A stretch of 64,000 nt of DNA from NCBI RefSeq assembly GCF_009914755.1, contig NC_060933.1; one strand, given 5' to 3'. Position 1 is the first letter of the stretch, and every line of letters begins with the position of its first letter. The stretch comes from the human T2T-CHM13v2.0 reference genome, Homo sapiens. Below, piece by piece: positions 27,301 to 42,500 of the stretch. The notes under the pieces were generated by a model. It made no database searches. It was given only the letters and a program-made list of their open reading frames with translations, and had not been told where the DNA came from. A program made the position numbers and the translations under genes.

Positions 27301-29345
27301 ACGGAATGGAATCAACGCGAGTGCAGGGGAATGGAATGGAATGGAATGCAATGGAATGGAATCATCCGGAATGGAATGGAATGGAATGGAATGCAAAGCA
27401 ATGGAATCAACTCGATTGCAATGGAATGGAATGGACTGGAAAGGAATACATTGGAATCAACCCGAGTGGAATGGAATGGAAAGGACTGGAATGGAGTGGA
27501 ATGGAATGGAATGGAATGGAATGGAATCAACTCGATTGGAATGGAATGGAACGGAATGGAATGGAATGGAATTAACCCGAATAGAATGGAATGGAATGAA
27601 ATGGAATGGAACGGAACGGAATGGAATGGAATCGAATGGAATGGAATGGAATGGAATCAACCCGACTGCAGGGGAATGGAATGGAATGGAATGCAATGGA
27701 ATGGATTCAACTTGAATGGAATGGAAAGAATGGAATCAACACGAGTGGAATGGCATGGATTGGAATGGAATGGAATGGAATCAACCCGAGTACAGGGGAA
27801 TGGAATGGAATGGAATGCAATGGAATGGAATCATCCGTAATGGAATGGAAAGGAATGGAATGCAATGGAATGGAATGGAATGGAATGGAATGGAATCAAC
27901 TCGAATGCAGTTGAATGGAATGGAATGGAATTAACCCGAATAGAATGGAATGGAATGGAATGGAACGGAACGGAACGGAACGGAATGGCATGGAATGGAA
28001 TGGAATGGAATGGAATGGAACGGAAAGGAATGGAATGGAATGGAATGCAATGGAATGGAATCTTCTGGAATGGAATGGAATGGAATGGAATGGAATGGAA
28101 TGCAATGGAATGGAATCTTCTGGAATGGAATGGAATGGAATGGAATGGAATGGAATGGAATGGAATAAACCCGAGTGCAATGGAATGGAGTGGAATGGAA
28201 TGGAATGGAATGGAACAACCCGAATGGAATGGAATGTAATGGAGAGTAAGGGAGTTGAATAAAATCAATCCGAATATAATGGAATGGAATGGAAGGGAAT
28301 GGAATTGAATGGAATGGAATGGAATGCAATGGAATGGAATCAACCCGAGTGCAATGGAATGGAGAGGAATGGAATGGAATGGAATGGAAACTACCCGAAT
28401 GGAATGGAATGTAATGGAGTGTAAGGGAATTGAATAGAATCAATCCGAATGTAATGGAATGGAATGGAACGGAATGGAATGGAATGGAATGCAATGGAAT
28501 GGAATGCAATGCAATGGAATGGAATCAACCCGAGTGCAATCGAATGGAATCGAATGGAATGCAATGGAATGTATTCAACTTGAATGGAATGGAAAGAATG
28601 GAATCAACACGAGTGGAATGGCATGGATTGGAATGCAATGGAATGGAATCAACCCGAGTACAGTGGAATGGAATGGAATGGAATGCAATGGAATGGAACC
28701 ATCCGTAATGGAATGGAAAGGAATGGAATGGTATGGAATGGAATGGAATGGAATGGATTGGAATCAACACGATTGCAATAGAATGGAATGGAATGGAATT
28801 AACCCAAATAGAATGGAATGGAATGGAATGGAACGGAACGGAATGGAATGGAATGGAATGGAACGGAACGGAATGGAATGGAATGGAATGGAATGGAATG
28901 GAATGGAATCAACGCGAGTGCAGGGGAATGGAATGTAATGGAATGCAATGGAATGGAATCTTCCGGAATGGAATGGAATGGAATGGAATGGAATCAACCC
29001 GAGTGCAATGGAATTGAGTGGAATGGAATGGAATGGAATGGAACAACCCGAATGGAATGGAATGTAATGGAGAGTAAGGGAGTTGAATAGAGTCAATCCG
29101 AATGTAATGGAATGGAATGGAAAGGAATGGAATTGAATGGAATGGAATGGAATGCAATGGAATAGAATCAACCCGAGTGCAATGGAATGGAGAGGAATGG
29201 AATGGAATGGAGTGGAAACTACCCGAATGGAATGGAATGTAATGGAGTGTAAAGGAATTGAATAGAATCAATCCGAATATAATGGAAAGGAATGGAACGG
29301 AATGGAATGGAATGGAATGGAATGGAATGGAATGGAATGGAATGC
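23267..29345 (+). repeat. Tandem duplication of a ~3.04-kb unit (23267-26314 and 26315-~29345), slightly diverged
   Basis: ORF pairs offset 3,029-3,048 (23601/26644, 24183/27216, 25386/28430, 26229/29258). Private variants shared: GAGACTAAGGGAGATG, GGAATTTAATGG, GAATAAAATCAATCCGAATATAAT, CGAGTACAGTGG, AACCCAAATAG, GAGTCAATCC, GTAAAGGAATT. Confidence 0.9.
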
Positions 29346-29539
29346 AATGGAAAGGAATCAACCCGAGTGCAATCGAATGGAATCGAATGGAATGGAATGC
29401 AATGGAATGGAATCAACTCGATTGCAATCGAATGGAATGGAATGGAATTAACCCGAATAGAATGGAATGGAATGGAATGGAAAGGAACGGAATGGAATGG
29501 AATGGAATGGAATGGAATGGAATGGAATGGAATGGAATG

Positions 29540-32500
29540 CAATGGATTCAACTCGATTGCAATGGAATGGAATAGAATGGAATGGAATGGAATGGAATGG
29601 AATTAACCCGAATACAATGGAATGGAATGCAATGGAACGGAATGGAATGGAATGGAATTGAATGGAATGCAATGGAATGGTATGGAATGGAATGGAATGG
29701 TACGGAATAGAATGGAATGTAACGAATTGTAATGGAATGGAATTGAATGGAATGGAATGGAATCAACGCGAGTGCAGGGGAATGTAATGGAACGGAATGC
29801 AATGGAATGGAATCATCCGGAATGGAATGGAATGGAATGGAATGGAATAGAATGGAATCAACCCGAGTGCAATGGAATGGAGTGGAATGGAATGGAATGG
29901 AATGGAACAACCCGAATGGAATGGAATGTAATGGACAGTAAGGGAGTTGAATAGAATCAATCCGAATGTAATGGAATGGAATGCAACGGAATGGAATGGA
30001 ATGGAATGCAATGGAATGCAATCAACCCGAGTACAATGGAATGGAATGGAATGGAATGGAATGGAATGGAATGGAATGGAATGGAATGCCTTCAAACCGA
30101 ATGGAATGGAAAGGAATGGAATCAACGCGAGTGGAATGGAATGGAATGGAATGGAATGGAATGGAATGGAATGGAATGATACGGAATAGAATGGAATAGA
30201 ACGAAATGGAATGGAATGGAATGGAATGGAATGGAATGGAATGGAATGGAATGGAATCGTTCCGAGTGGAATAGGAGGGAATGTATTCGAGTGGAATGGA
30301 AAGGAATGGAATCAACCAGAGTGGAATGGAAGGGAATGGAATGGAATGGAAACTAATAGAATGGAATCAACCCGAGTGGAATGGAATGGAAAGGACTGGA
30401 ATGGAATGGAATGGAATGGAATGGAATGGAATGGAATCAACTCGATTGGAATGGAATGGAATGGAATGGAATGGAATGGAATTAACCCGAATACCATGGA
30501 ATGGAATGGAATGGAACGGAATGGAGTGGAATGGAATGGAATCAACCCGAGTGCAGGGGAATGGAATGGAATGGAATGCAATGGAATGGAATCATCCAGA
30601 ATGGAATGGAATGGAATGGAATGCAATGGAATGGAATGGAATGGAATCAACTCGAATGCAGTTGAATGGAATGGAATGGAATTAACCCGAATAGAATGGA
30701 ATGGAATGGAATGGAACGGAACGGAACGGAACGGAACGGCATGGAATGGAATGGAATAGAATGGAATGGAACGGAAAGGAATGGAATGGAATGGAATGGA
30801 ATGGAATGGAATGGAATGGAATGGAATGGAATGAACGTGAGTGCAGAGGAATGGAATGGAATGGAATGCAATGGAATGGAATCTTCTGGAATGGAATGGA
30901 ATGGAATGGAATGGAATGGAATGGAATGGAATCAACTCGATTGGAATGGAATGGAATGGAATGGAATGGAATGGAATGGAATGGAATGGAATTAACCCGA
31001 ATACCATGGAATGGAATGGAATGGAACGGAATGGAGTGGAATGGAATGGAATCAACCCGAGTGCAGGGGAATGGAATGGAATGGAATGCAATGGAATGGA
31101 ATCATCCGGAATGGAATGGAATGGAATGGAATGCAAAGCAATGGAATCAACTCGATTGCAATGGAATGGAATGGAATGGAAAGGAATACATTGGAAACAA
31201 CCCGATTGGAATGCAATGGAAAGGACTGGAATGGAGTGGAATAGAATGGAATGGAATGGAATGGAATGGAATGGAAAGGAATCAACTCGATTGGAATGGA
31301 ATGGAATGGAATGGAATGGAATGGAATGGAATTAACCCGAATAGAATGGAATGGAATGGAATGGAACGGAACGGAACGGAACGGAACGGAATGGAATGGA
31401 ATGGAATGGAATGGAATGGAATCAACCCGACTGCAGGGGAATGGTATGGAATGGAATGCAATGGAATGGATTCAACTTGAATGGAATGGAAAGAATGGAA
31501 TCAACACGATGGGAATGGCATGGATTGGAATGGAATGGAATGGAATGAACCCGAGTACAGGGGAATGGAATGGAATGGAATGCAATGGAATGGAATCATC
31601 CGTAATGGAATGGAAAGGAATGGAATGGAATGGAATGGAATGGAATCAACTCGATTGCAATCGAATGGAATGGAATGGAATTAACCCGAATAGAAAGGAA
31701 TGGAATGGAATGGAACGGAACGGAACGGAATGGAATGGAATGGAATGGAATGGAACGGAAAGGAATGGAATGGAATGGAATGGAATGGAATGGAATGGAA
31801 TGGAATGGAATCAACGCGAGTGCAGGGGAATGGAATGGAATGGAATGCAATGGAATGGAATCTTCCGGAATGGAATGGAATGGAATGGAATGGAATGGAA
31901 TGGAATGCAATGGATTCAACTCGATTGCAATGGAATGGAATAGAATGCAATGGAATGGAATGGAATGGAATTAACCCGAATACAATGGAATGGAATGCAA
32001 TGGAACGGAATGGAATGGAATGGAATTGAATGCAATGCAATGGAATGGTATGGAATGGAATGGAATGGTACGGAATAGAATGGAATGTAACGAATTGTAA
32101 TGGAATGGAATTGAATGGAATGGAATGGAATCAACGCGAGTGCAGCGGAATGTAATGGAACGGAATGCAATGGAATGGAATCATCCGGAATGGAATGGAA
32201 TGGAATGGAATGGAATAGAATGGAATCAACCCGAGTGCAATGGAATGGAGTGGAATGGAATGGAATGGAATGGAACAACCCGAATGGAATGGAATGTAAT
32301 GGACAGTAAGGGAGTTGAATAGAATCAATCCGAATGTAATGGAATGGAATGCAACGGAATGGAATGGAATGGAATGCAATGGAATGCAATCAACCCGAGT
32401 ACAATGGAATGGAATGGAATGGAATGGAATGGAATGGAATGGAATGGAATGCCTTCAAACCGAATGGAATGGAAAGGAATGGAATCAACACGAGTGGAAT

Positions 32501-33760
32501 GGAATGGAATGGAATGGAATGGAATGGAATGGAATGGAATGATACGGAATAGAATGGAATGGAACGAAATGGAATGGAATGGAATGGAATGGAATGGAAT
32601 GGAATGGAATGGAATCGTTCCGAATGGAATAGGAGGGAATGTATTCGAGTGGAATGGAAAGGAATGGAATCAACCAGAGTGGAATAGAAGGGAATGGAAT
32701 GGAATGGAAACTAATAGAATGGAATCAACCCGAGTGGAATGGAATGGAAAGGACTGGAATGGAATGGAATGGAATGGAATGGAACGGAATGGAATCAACT
32801 CGATTGGAATGGAATGGAATGGAATGGAATGGAATGGAATGGAATTAACCCGAATACCATGGAATGGAATGGAATGGAACGGAATGGAGTGGAATGGAAT
32901 GGAATCAACCCGAGTGCAGGGGAATGGAATGGAATGGAATGCAATGGAATGGAATCATCCGGAATGGAATGGAATGGAATGGAATGCAAAGCAATGGAAT
33001 CAACTCGATTGCAATGGAATGGAATGGAATGGAATGGAATACATTGGAATCAACCCGATTGGAATGCAATGGAAAGGACTGGAATGGAGTGGAATAGAAT
33101 GGAATGGAATGGAATGGAATGGAATGGAAAGGAATCAACTCGATTGGAATGGAATGGAATGGAATGGAATGGAATGGAATGGAATTAACCCGAATAGAAT
33201 GGAATGGAATGGAATGGAACGGAACGGAACGGAACGGAATGGAAAGGAATGGAATGGAATGGAATGGAATGGAATCAACCCGACTGCAGGGGAATGGTAT
33301 GGAATGGAATGCAATGGAATGGATTCAACTTGAATGGAATGGAAAGAATGGAATCAACACGATGGGAATGGCATGGATTGGAATGGAATGGAATGGAATG
33401 AACCCGAGTACAGGGGAATGGAATGGAATGGAATGCAATGGAATGGAATCATCCGTAATGGAATGGAAAGGAATGGAATGGAATGGAATGGAATGGAATG
33501 GAATGGAATGGAATCAACTCGATTGCAATCGAATGGAATGGAATGGAATTAACCCGAATAGAAAGGAATGGAATGGAATGGAACGGAACGGAACGGAATG
33601 GAATGGAATGGAATGGAATGGAACGGAAAGGAATGGAATGGAATGGAATGGAATGGAATGGAATGGAATGGAATGGAATCAACGCGAGTGCAGGGGAATG
33701 GAATGGAATGGAATGCAATGGAATGGAATCTTCCGGAATGGAATGGAATGGAATGGAATG
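29540..33760 (+). repeat. Older nested tandem duplication: ~2.37-kb unit (29540-31905) and ~1.85-kb unit (31905-33760)
   Basis: Offsets are 2,368 (ORFs 29548/31916) then 1,853 (31251/33104, 31481/33334), so the first unit has ~515 bp extra. Shared variants: GGACAGTAAGG, GTAACGAATT, CGAATACCATGG, CAACACGATGGG, GAATGAACCCGAG. Confidence 0.85.
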
Positions 33761-36599
33761 GAATGGAATGGAATAATCCCGAATGCAATGGAATGGAGTG
33801 GAATGGAATGGAATGGAATGGAACAGCCCGAATGGAATGGAATGTAATAGAGAGTAAGGGAGTTGAATAGAATCAATCCGAATGTAATGGAATGGAATGG
33901 AACGGAATGGAATTGAATGGAATGGAATGGAATGCAATGGAATGGAATCAACCCGAGTGCAATGGAATGGAGAGGAATGGAATGGAATGGAATGGAAACT
34001 ACCCGAATGGAATGGAATGTAATGGAGAGTAAGGGAATTGAATAGAATCAATCCGAATGTAATGGAATGGAATGGAACGGAATGGAATGGAATGGAATGG
34101 AATGGAATGGAATGGAATGGAATGCAATGGAATGGATTCAACTTGAATGGAATGGAAAGAATGGAATCAACACGAGTGGAAGGGCATGGATTGGAATGCA
34201 ATGGAATAGAATCAACCCGAGTACAGGGGAATGGAATGGAATGGAATGCAATGGAATGGAATCATCCGTAATGGAATGGAAAGGAATGGAATGGAATGGA
34301 ATGGAATTAACTCGAATAGAATGGAATGGAATGGAATGGAATGGAATGGTATGGAATGGAATGGAATGGTACGGAATAGAATGGAATGGAACGAATTGTA
34401 ATGGAATGGAATTGAATGGAATGGAATGGAATGGAATGGAATAAACGCGAGTGCAAGGGAATGTAATGGAACGGAATGCAATGGAATGGAATCACCCGGA
34501 ATGGAATGGAATGGAATGGAATGGAATCAACCCGAGTGCAATGGAATGGAGTGGAATGGAATGGAATGGAATGGAACAACCCGAATGGAATGGAATGTAA
34601 TGGAGAGTAAGGGAGTTGAATAGAATCAATCCGAATGTAATGGAATGGAATGCAACGGAATGGAATGGAAAGGAATGGAATGGAATGGAATGGAATGGAA
34701 TGGAATGCAATGGAATGGAATCAACCCGAGTTCAATGGAATGGAAAGGAATGGAATGGAATGGAATGGAATGGAATGGAATGGAATGGAATGGAATGGAA
34801 TGGAATGGAATGGAATCAACACGATTGCAATCGAATGGAATGGAATGAAATTAACCCGAATAGAATGGAATGGAATGGAATGGAACGGAACGGAATGGAA
34901 TGGAATGGAATGGAATGGAACGGAGCGGAACGGAACGGAATTTAATGGAATGGAACGGAATGGAATCAACGCGAGTGCAGGGGAATGGAATGGAATGGAA
35001 TGCAATGGAATGGAATCATCCGGAATGGAATGGAATGGAATGGAATGCAAAGCAATGGAATCAACGCGATTGCAATGGAATGGAATGGACTGGAAAGGAA
35101 TACATTGGAATCAACCCGAGTGGAATGGAATGGAAAGGACTGGAATGGAGTGGAATGGAATGGAATGGAATGGAATGGAATCAACTCGATTGGAATGGAA
35201 TGGAACGGAATGGAATGGAATGGAATTAACCCGAATAGAATGGAATGGAATGAAATGGAATGGAACGGAACGGAATGGAAAGGAATCGAATGGAATGGAA
35301 TGGAATGGAATGGAATGGAATCAACCCGACTGCAGGGGAATGGAATGGAATGGAATGCAATGGAATGGATTCAACTTGAATGGAATGGAAAGAATGGAAT
35401 CAACACGAGTGGAATGGCATGGATTGGAATGGAATGGAATGGAATCAACCCGAGTACAGGGGAATGGAATGGAATGGAATGCAATGGAATGGAATCATCC
35501 GTAATGGAATGGAAAGGAATGGAATGAAATGGAATGGAATGGAATGGAATGGAATGGAATGGAATCAACTCGATTGCAATCGAATGGAATGGAATGGAAT
35601 TAACCCGAATAGAAAGGAATGGAATGGAATTGAACGGAACGGAACGGAATGGAATGGAATGGAATGGAATGGAACGGAAAGGAACGGAATGGAATGGAAT
35701 GGAATGGAATGGAATGGAATGGAATGGAATCAACGCGAGTGCAGGGGAATGGAATGGAATGGAATGCAATGGAATGGAATCTTCCGGAATGGAATGGAAT
35801 GGAATGGAATGGAATGGAATGGAATGGAATAATCCCGAATGCAATGGAATGGAGTGGAATGGAATGGAATGGAATGGAACAGCCCGAATGGAATGGAATG
35901 TAATAGAGAGTAAGGGAGTTGAATAGAATCAATCCGAATGTAATGGAATGGAATGGAACGGAATGGAATTGAATGGAATGGAATGGAATGCAATGGAATG
36001 GAATCAACCCGAGTGCAATGGAATGGAGAGGAATGGAATGGAATGGAATGGAAACTACCCGAATGGAATGGAATGTAATGGAGAGTAAGGGAATTGAATA
36101 GAATCAATCCGAATGTAATGGAATGGAATGGAACGGAATGGAATGGAATGGAATGGAATGGAATGGAATGCAATGGAATGGAATCAACCCGAGTGCAATC
36201 GAATGGAATCGAATGGAATGGAATGCAATGGAATGGATTCAACTTGAATGGAATGGAAAGAATGGAATCAACACGAGTGGAAGGGCATGGATTGGAATGC
36301 AATAGAATAGAATCAACCCGAGTACAGGGGAATGGAATGGAATGGAATGCAATGGAATGGAATCATCCGTAATGGAATGGAAAGGAATGGAATGGAATGG
36401 AATGAAATTAACTCGAATAGAATGGAATGGAATGGAATGGAATGGAATGGTATGGAATGGAATGGAATGGTACGGAATAGAATGGAATGGAACGAATTGT
36501 AATGGAATGGAATTGAATGGAATGGAATGGAATGGAATGGAATCAACGCGAGTGCAAAGGAATGTAATGGAACGGAATGCAATGGAATGGAATCATCCG
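29575..36599 (+). repeat. 7,025-bp tandem duplication, copy 1
   Basis: ORFs from 29747 to ~36100 recur with identical translation at exactly +7,025 (e.g. 30211/37236, 32344/39369, 35730/42755). Identity begins at 29575/36600. Confidence 0.96.
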
Positions 36600-39500
36600 G
36601 AATGGAATGGAATGGAATGGAATGGAATTAACCCGAATACAATGGAATGGAATGCAATGGAACGGAATGGAATGGAATGGAATTGAATGGAATGCAATGG
36701 AATGGTATGGAATGGAATGGAATGGTACGGAATAGAATGGAATGTAACGAATTGTAATGGAATGGAATTGAATGGAATGGAATGGAATCAACGCGAGTGC
36801 AGGGGAATGTAATGGAACGGAATGCAATGGAATGGAATCATCCGGAATGGAATGGAATGGAATGGAATGGAATAGAATGGAATCAACCCGAGTGCAATGG
36901 AATGGAGTGGAATGGAATGGAATGGAATGGAACAACCCGAATGGAATGGAATGTAATGGACAGTAAGGGAGTTGAATAGAATCAATCCGAATGTAATGGA
37001 ATGGAATGCAACGGAATGGAATGGAATGGAATGCAATGGAATGCAATCAACCCGAGTACAATGGAATGGAATGGAATGGAATGGAATGGAATGGAATGGA
37101 ATGGAATGGAATGCCTTCAAACCGAATGGAATGGAAAGGAATGGAATCAACGCGAGTGGAATGGAATGGAATGGAATGGAATGGAATGGAATGGAATGGA
37201 ATGATACGGAATAGAATGGAATAGAACGAAATGGAATGGAATGGAATGGAATGGAATGGAATGGAATGGAATGGAATGGAATCGTTCCGAGTGGAATAGG
37301 AGGGAATGTATTCGAGTGGAATGGAAAGGAATGGAATCAACCAGAGTGGAATGGAAGGGAATGGAATGGAATGGAAACTAATAGAATGGAATCAACCCGA
37401 GTGGAATGGAATGGAAAGGACTGGAATGGAATGGAATGGAATGGAATGGAATGGAATGGAATCAACTCGATTGGAATGGAATGGAATGGAATGGAATGGA
37501 ATGGAATTAACCCGAATACCATGGAATGGAATGGAATGGAACGGAATGGAGTGGAATGGAATGGAATCAACCCGAGTGCAGGGGAATGGAATGGAATGGA
37601 ATGCAATGGAATGGAATCATCCAGAATGGAATGGAATGGAATGGAATGCAATGGAATGGAATGGAATGGAATCAACTCGAATGCAGTTGAATGGAATGGA
37701 ATGGAATTAACCCGAATAGAATGGAATGGAATGGAATGGAACGGAACGGAACGGAACGGAACGGCATGGAATGGAATGGAATAGAATGGAATGGAACGGA
37801 AAGGAATGGAATGGAATGGAATGGAATGGAATGGAATGGAATGGAATGGAATGGAATGAACGTGAGTGCAGAGGAATGGAATGGAATGGAATGCAATGGA
37901 ATGGAATCTTCTGGAATGGAATGGAATGGAATGGAATGGAATGGAATGGAATGGAATCAACTCGATTGGAATGGAATGGAATGGAATGGAATGGAATGGA
38001 ATGGAATGGAATGGAATTAACCCGAATACCATGGAATGGAATGGAATGGAACGGAATGGAGTGGAATGGAATGGAATCAACCCGAGTGCAGGGGAATGGA
38101 ATGGAATGGAATGCAATGGAATGGAATCATCCGGAATGGAATGGAATGGAATGGAATGCAAAGCAATGGAATCAACTCGATTGCAATGGAATGGAATGGA
38201 ATGGAAAGGAATACATTGGAAACAACCCGATTGGAATGCAATGGAAAGGACTGGAATGGAGTGGAATAGAATGGAATGGAATGGAATGGAATGGAATGGA
38301 AAGGAATCAACTCGATTGGAATGGAATGGAATGGAATGGAATGGAATGGAATGGAATTAACCCGAATAGAATGGAATGGAATGGAATGGAACGGAACGGA
38401 ACGGAACGGAACGGAATGGAATGGAATGGAATGGAATGGAATGGAATCAACCCGACTGCAGGGGAATGGTATGGAATGGAATGCAATGGAATGGATTCAA
38501 CTTGAATGGAATGGAAAGAATGGAATCAACACGATGGGAATGGCATGGATTGGAATGGAATGGAATGGAATGAACCCGAGTACAGGGGAATGGAATGGAA
38601 TGGAATGCAATGGAATGGAATCATCCGTAATGGAATGGAAAGGAATGGAATGGAATGGAATGGAATGGAATCAACTCGATTGCAATCGAATGGAATGGAA
38701 TGGAATTAACCCGAATAGAAAGGAATGGAATGGAATGGAACGGAACGGAACGGAATGGAATGGAATGGAATGGAATGGAACGGAAAGGAATGGAATGGAA
38801 TGGAATGGAATGGAATGGAATGGAATGGAATGGAATCAACGCGAGTGCAGGGGAATGGAATGGAATGGAATGCAATGGAATGGAATCTTCCGGAATGGAA
38901 TGGAATGGAATGGAATGGAATGGAATGGAATGCAATGGATTCAACTCGATTGCAATGGAATGGAATAGAATGCAATGGAATGGAATGGAATGGAATTAAC
39001 CCGAATACAATGGAATGGAATGCAATGGAACGGAATGGAATGGAATGGAATTGAATGCAATGCAATGGAATGGTATGGAATGGAATGGAATGGTACGGAA
39101 TAGAATGGAATGTAACGAATTGTAATGGAATGGAATTGAATGGAATGGAATGGAATCAACGCGAGTGCAGCGGAATGTAATGGAACGGAATGCAATGGAA
39201 TGGAATCATCCGGAATGGAATGGAATGGAATGGAATGGAATAGAATGGAATCAACCCGAGTGCAATGGAATGGAGTGGAATGGAATGGAATGGAATGGAA
39301 CAACCCGAATGGAATGGAATGTAATGGACAGTAAGGGAGTTGAATAGAATCAATCCGAATGTAATGGAATGGAATGCAACGGAATGGAATGGAATGGAAT
39401 GCAATGGAATGCAATCAACCCGAGTACAATGGAATGGAATGGAATGGAATGGAATGGAATGGAATGGAATGGAATGCCTTCAAACCGAATGGAATGGAAA

Positions 39501-42500
39501 GGAATGGAATCAACACGAGTGGAATGGAATGGAATGGAATGGAATGGAATGGAATGGAATGGAATGATACGGAATAGAATGGAATGGAACGAAATGGAAT
39601 GGAATGGAATGGAATGGAATGGAATGGAATGGAATGGAATCGTTCCGAATGGAATAGGAGGGAATGTATTCGAGTGGAATGGAAAGGAATGGAATCAACC
39701 AGAGTGGAATAGAAGGGAATGGAATGGAATGGAAACTAATAGAATGGAATCAACCCGAGTGGAATGGAATGGAAAGGACTGGAATGGAATGGAATGGAAT
39801 GGAATGGAACGGAATGGAATCAACTCGATTGGAATGGAATGGAATGGAATGGAATGGAATGGAATGGAATTAACCCGAATACCATGGAATGGAATGGAAT
39901 GGAACGGAATGGAGTGGAATGGAATGGAATCAACCCGAGTGCAGGGGAATGGAATGGAATGGAATGCAATGGAATGGAATCATCCGGAATGGAATGGAAT
40001 GGAATGGAATGCAAAGCAATGGAATCAACTCGATTGCAATGGAATGGAATGGAATGGAATGGAATACATTGGAATCAACCCGATTGGAATGCAATGGAAA
40101 GGACTGGAATGGAGTGGAATAGAATGGAATGGAATGGAATGGAATGGAATGGAAAGGAATCAACTCGATTGGAATGGAATGGAATGGAATGGAATGGAAT
40201 GGAATGGAATTAACCCGAATAGAATGGAATGGAATGGAATGGAACGGAACGGAACGGAACGGAATGGAAAGGAATGGAATGGAATGGAATGGAATGGAAT
40301 CAACCCGACTGCAGGGGAATGGTATGGAATGGAATGCAATGGAATGGATTCAACTTGAATGGAATGGAAAGAATGGAATCAACACGATGGGAATGGCATG
40401 GATTGGAATGGAATGGAATGGAATGAACCCGAGTACAGGGGAATGGAATGGAATGGAATGCAATGGAATGGAATCATCCGTAATGGAATGGAAAGGAATG
40501 GAATGGAATGGAATGGAATGGAATGGAATGGAATGGAATCAACTCGATTGCAATCGAATGGAATGGAATGGAATTAACCCGAATAGAAAGGAATGGAATG
40601 GAATGGAACGGAACGGAACGGAATGGAATGGAATGGAATGGAATGGAACGGAAAGGAATGGAATGGAATGGAATGGAATGGAATGGAATGGAATGGAATG
40701 GAATCAACGCGAGTGCAGGGGAATGGAATGGAATGGAATGCAATGGAATGGAATCTTCCGGAATGGAATGGAATGGAATGGAATGGAATGGAATGGAATA
40801 ATCCCGAATGCAATGGAATGGAGTGGAATGGAATGGAATGGAATGGAACAGCCCGAATGGAATGGAATGTAATAGAGAGTAAGGGAGTTGAATAGAATCA
40901 ATCCGAATGTAATGGAATGGAATGGAACGGAATGGAATTGAATGGAATGGAATGGAATGCAATGGAATGGAATCAACCCGAGTGCAATGGAATGGAGAGG
41001 AATGGAATGGAATGGAATGGAAACTACCCGAATGGAATGGAATGTAATGGAGAGTAAGGGAATTGAATAGAATCAATCCGAATGTAATGGAATGGAATGG
41101 AACGGAATGGAATGGAATGGAATGGAATGGAATGGAATGGAATGGAATGCAATGGAATGGATTCAACTTGAATGGAATGGAAAGAATGGAATCAACACGA
41201 GTGGAAGGGCATGGATTGGAATGCAATGGAATAGAATCAACCCGAGTACAGGGGAATGGAATGGAATGGAATGCAATGGAATGGAATCATCCGTAATGGA
41301 ATGGAAAGGAATGGAATGGAATGGAATGGAATTAACTCGAATAGAATGGAATGGAATGGAATGGAATGGAATGGTATGGAATGGAATGGAATGGTACGGA
41401 ATAGAATGGAATGGAACGAATTGTAATGGAATGGAATTGAATGGAATGGAATGGAATGGAATGGAATAAACGCGAGTGCAAGGGAATGTAATGGAACGGA
41501 ATGCAATGGAATGGAATCACCCGGAATGGAATGGAATGGAATGGAATGGAATCAACCCGAGTGCAATGGAATGGAGTGGAATGGAATGGAATGGAATGGA
41601 ACAACCCGAATGGAATGGAATGTAATGGAGAGTAAGGGAGTTGAATAGAATCAATCCGAATGTAATGGAATGGAATGCAACGGAATGGAATGGAAAGGAA
41701 TGGAATGGAATGGAATGGAATGGAATGGAATGCAATGGAATGGAATCAACCCGAGTTCAATGGAATGGAAAGGAATGGAATGGAATGGAATGGAATGGAA
41801 TGGAATGGAATGGAATGGAATGGAATGGAATGGAATGGAATCAACACGATTGCAATCGAATGGAATGGAATGAAATTAACCCGAATAGAATGGAATGGAA
41901 TGGAATGGAACGGAACGGAATGGAATGGAATGGAATGGAATGGAACGGAGCGGAACGGAACGGAATTTAATGGAATGGAACGGAATGGAATCAACGCGAG
42001 TGCAGGGGAATGGAATGGAATGGAATGCAATGGAATGGAATCATCCGGAATGGAATGGAATGGAATGGAATGCAAAGCAATGGAATCAACGCGATTGCAA
42101 TGGAATGGAATGGACTGGAAAGGAATACATTGGAATCAACCCGAGTGGAATGGAATGGAAAGGACTGGAATGGAGTGGAATGGAATGGAATGGAATGGAA
42201 TGGAATCAACTCGATTGGAATGGAATGGAACGGAATGGAATGGAATGGAATTAACCCGAATAGAATGGAATGGAATGAAATGGAATGGAACGGAACGGAA
42301 TGGAAAGGAATCGAATGGAATGGAATGGAATGGAATGGAATGGAATCAACCCGACTGCAGGGGAATGGAATGGAATGGAATGCAATGGAATGGATTCAAC
42401 TTGAATGGAATGGAAAGAATGGAATCAACACGAGTGGAATGGCATGGATTGGAATGGAATGGAATGGAATCAACCCGAGTACAGGGGAATGGAATGGAAT

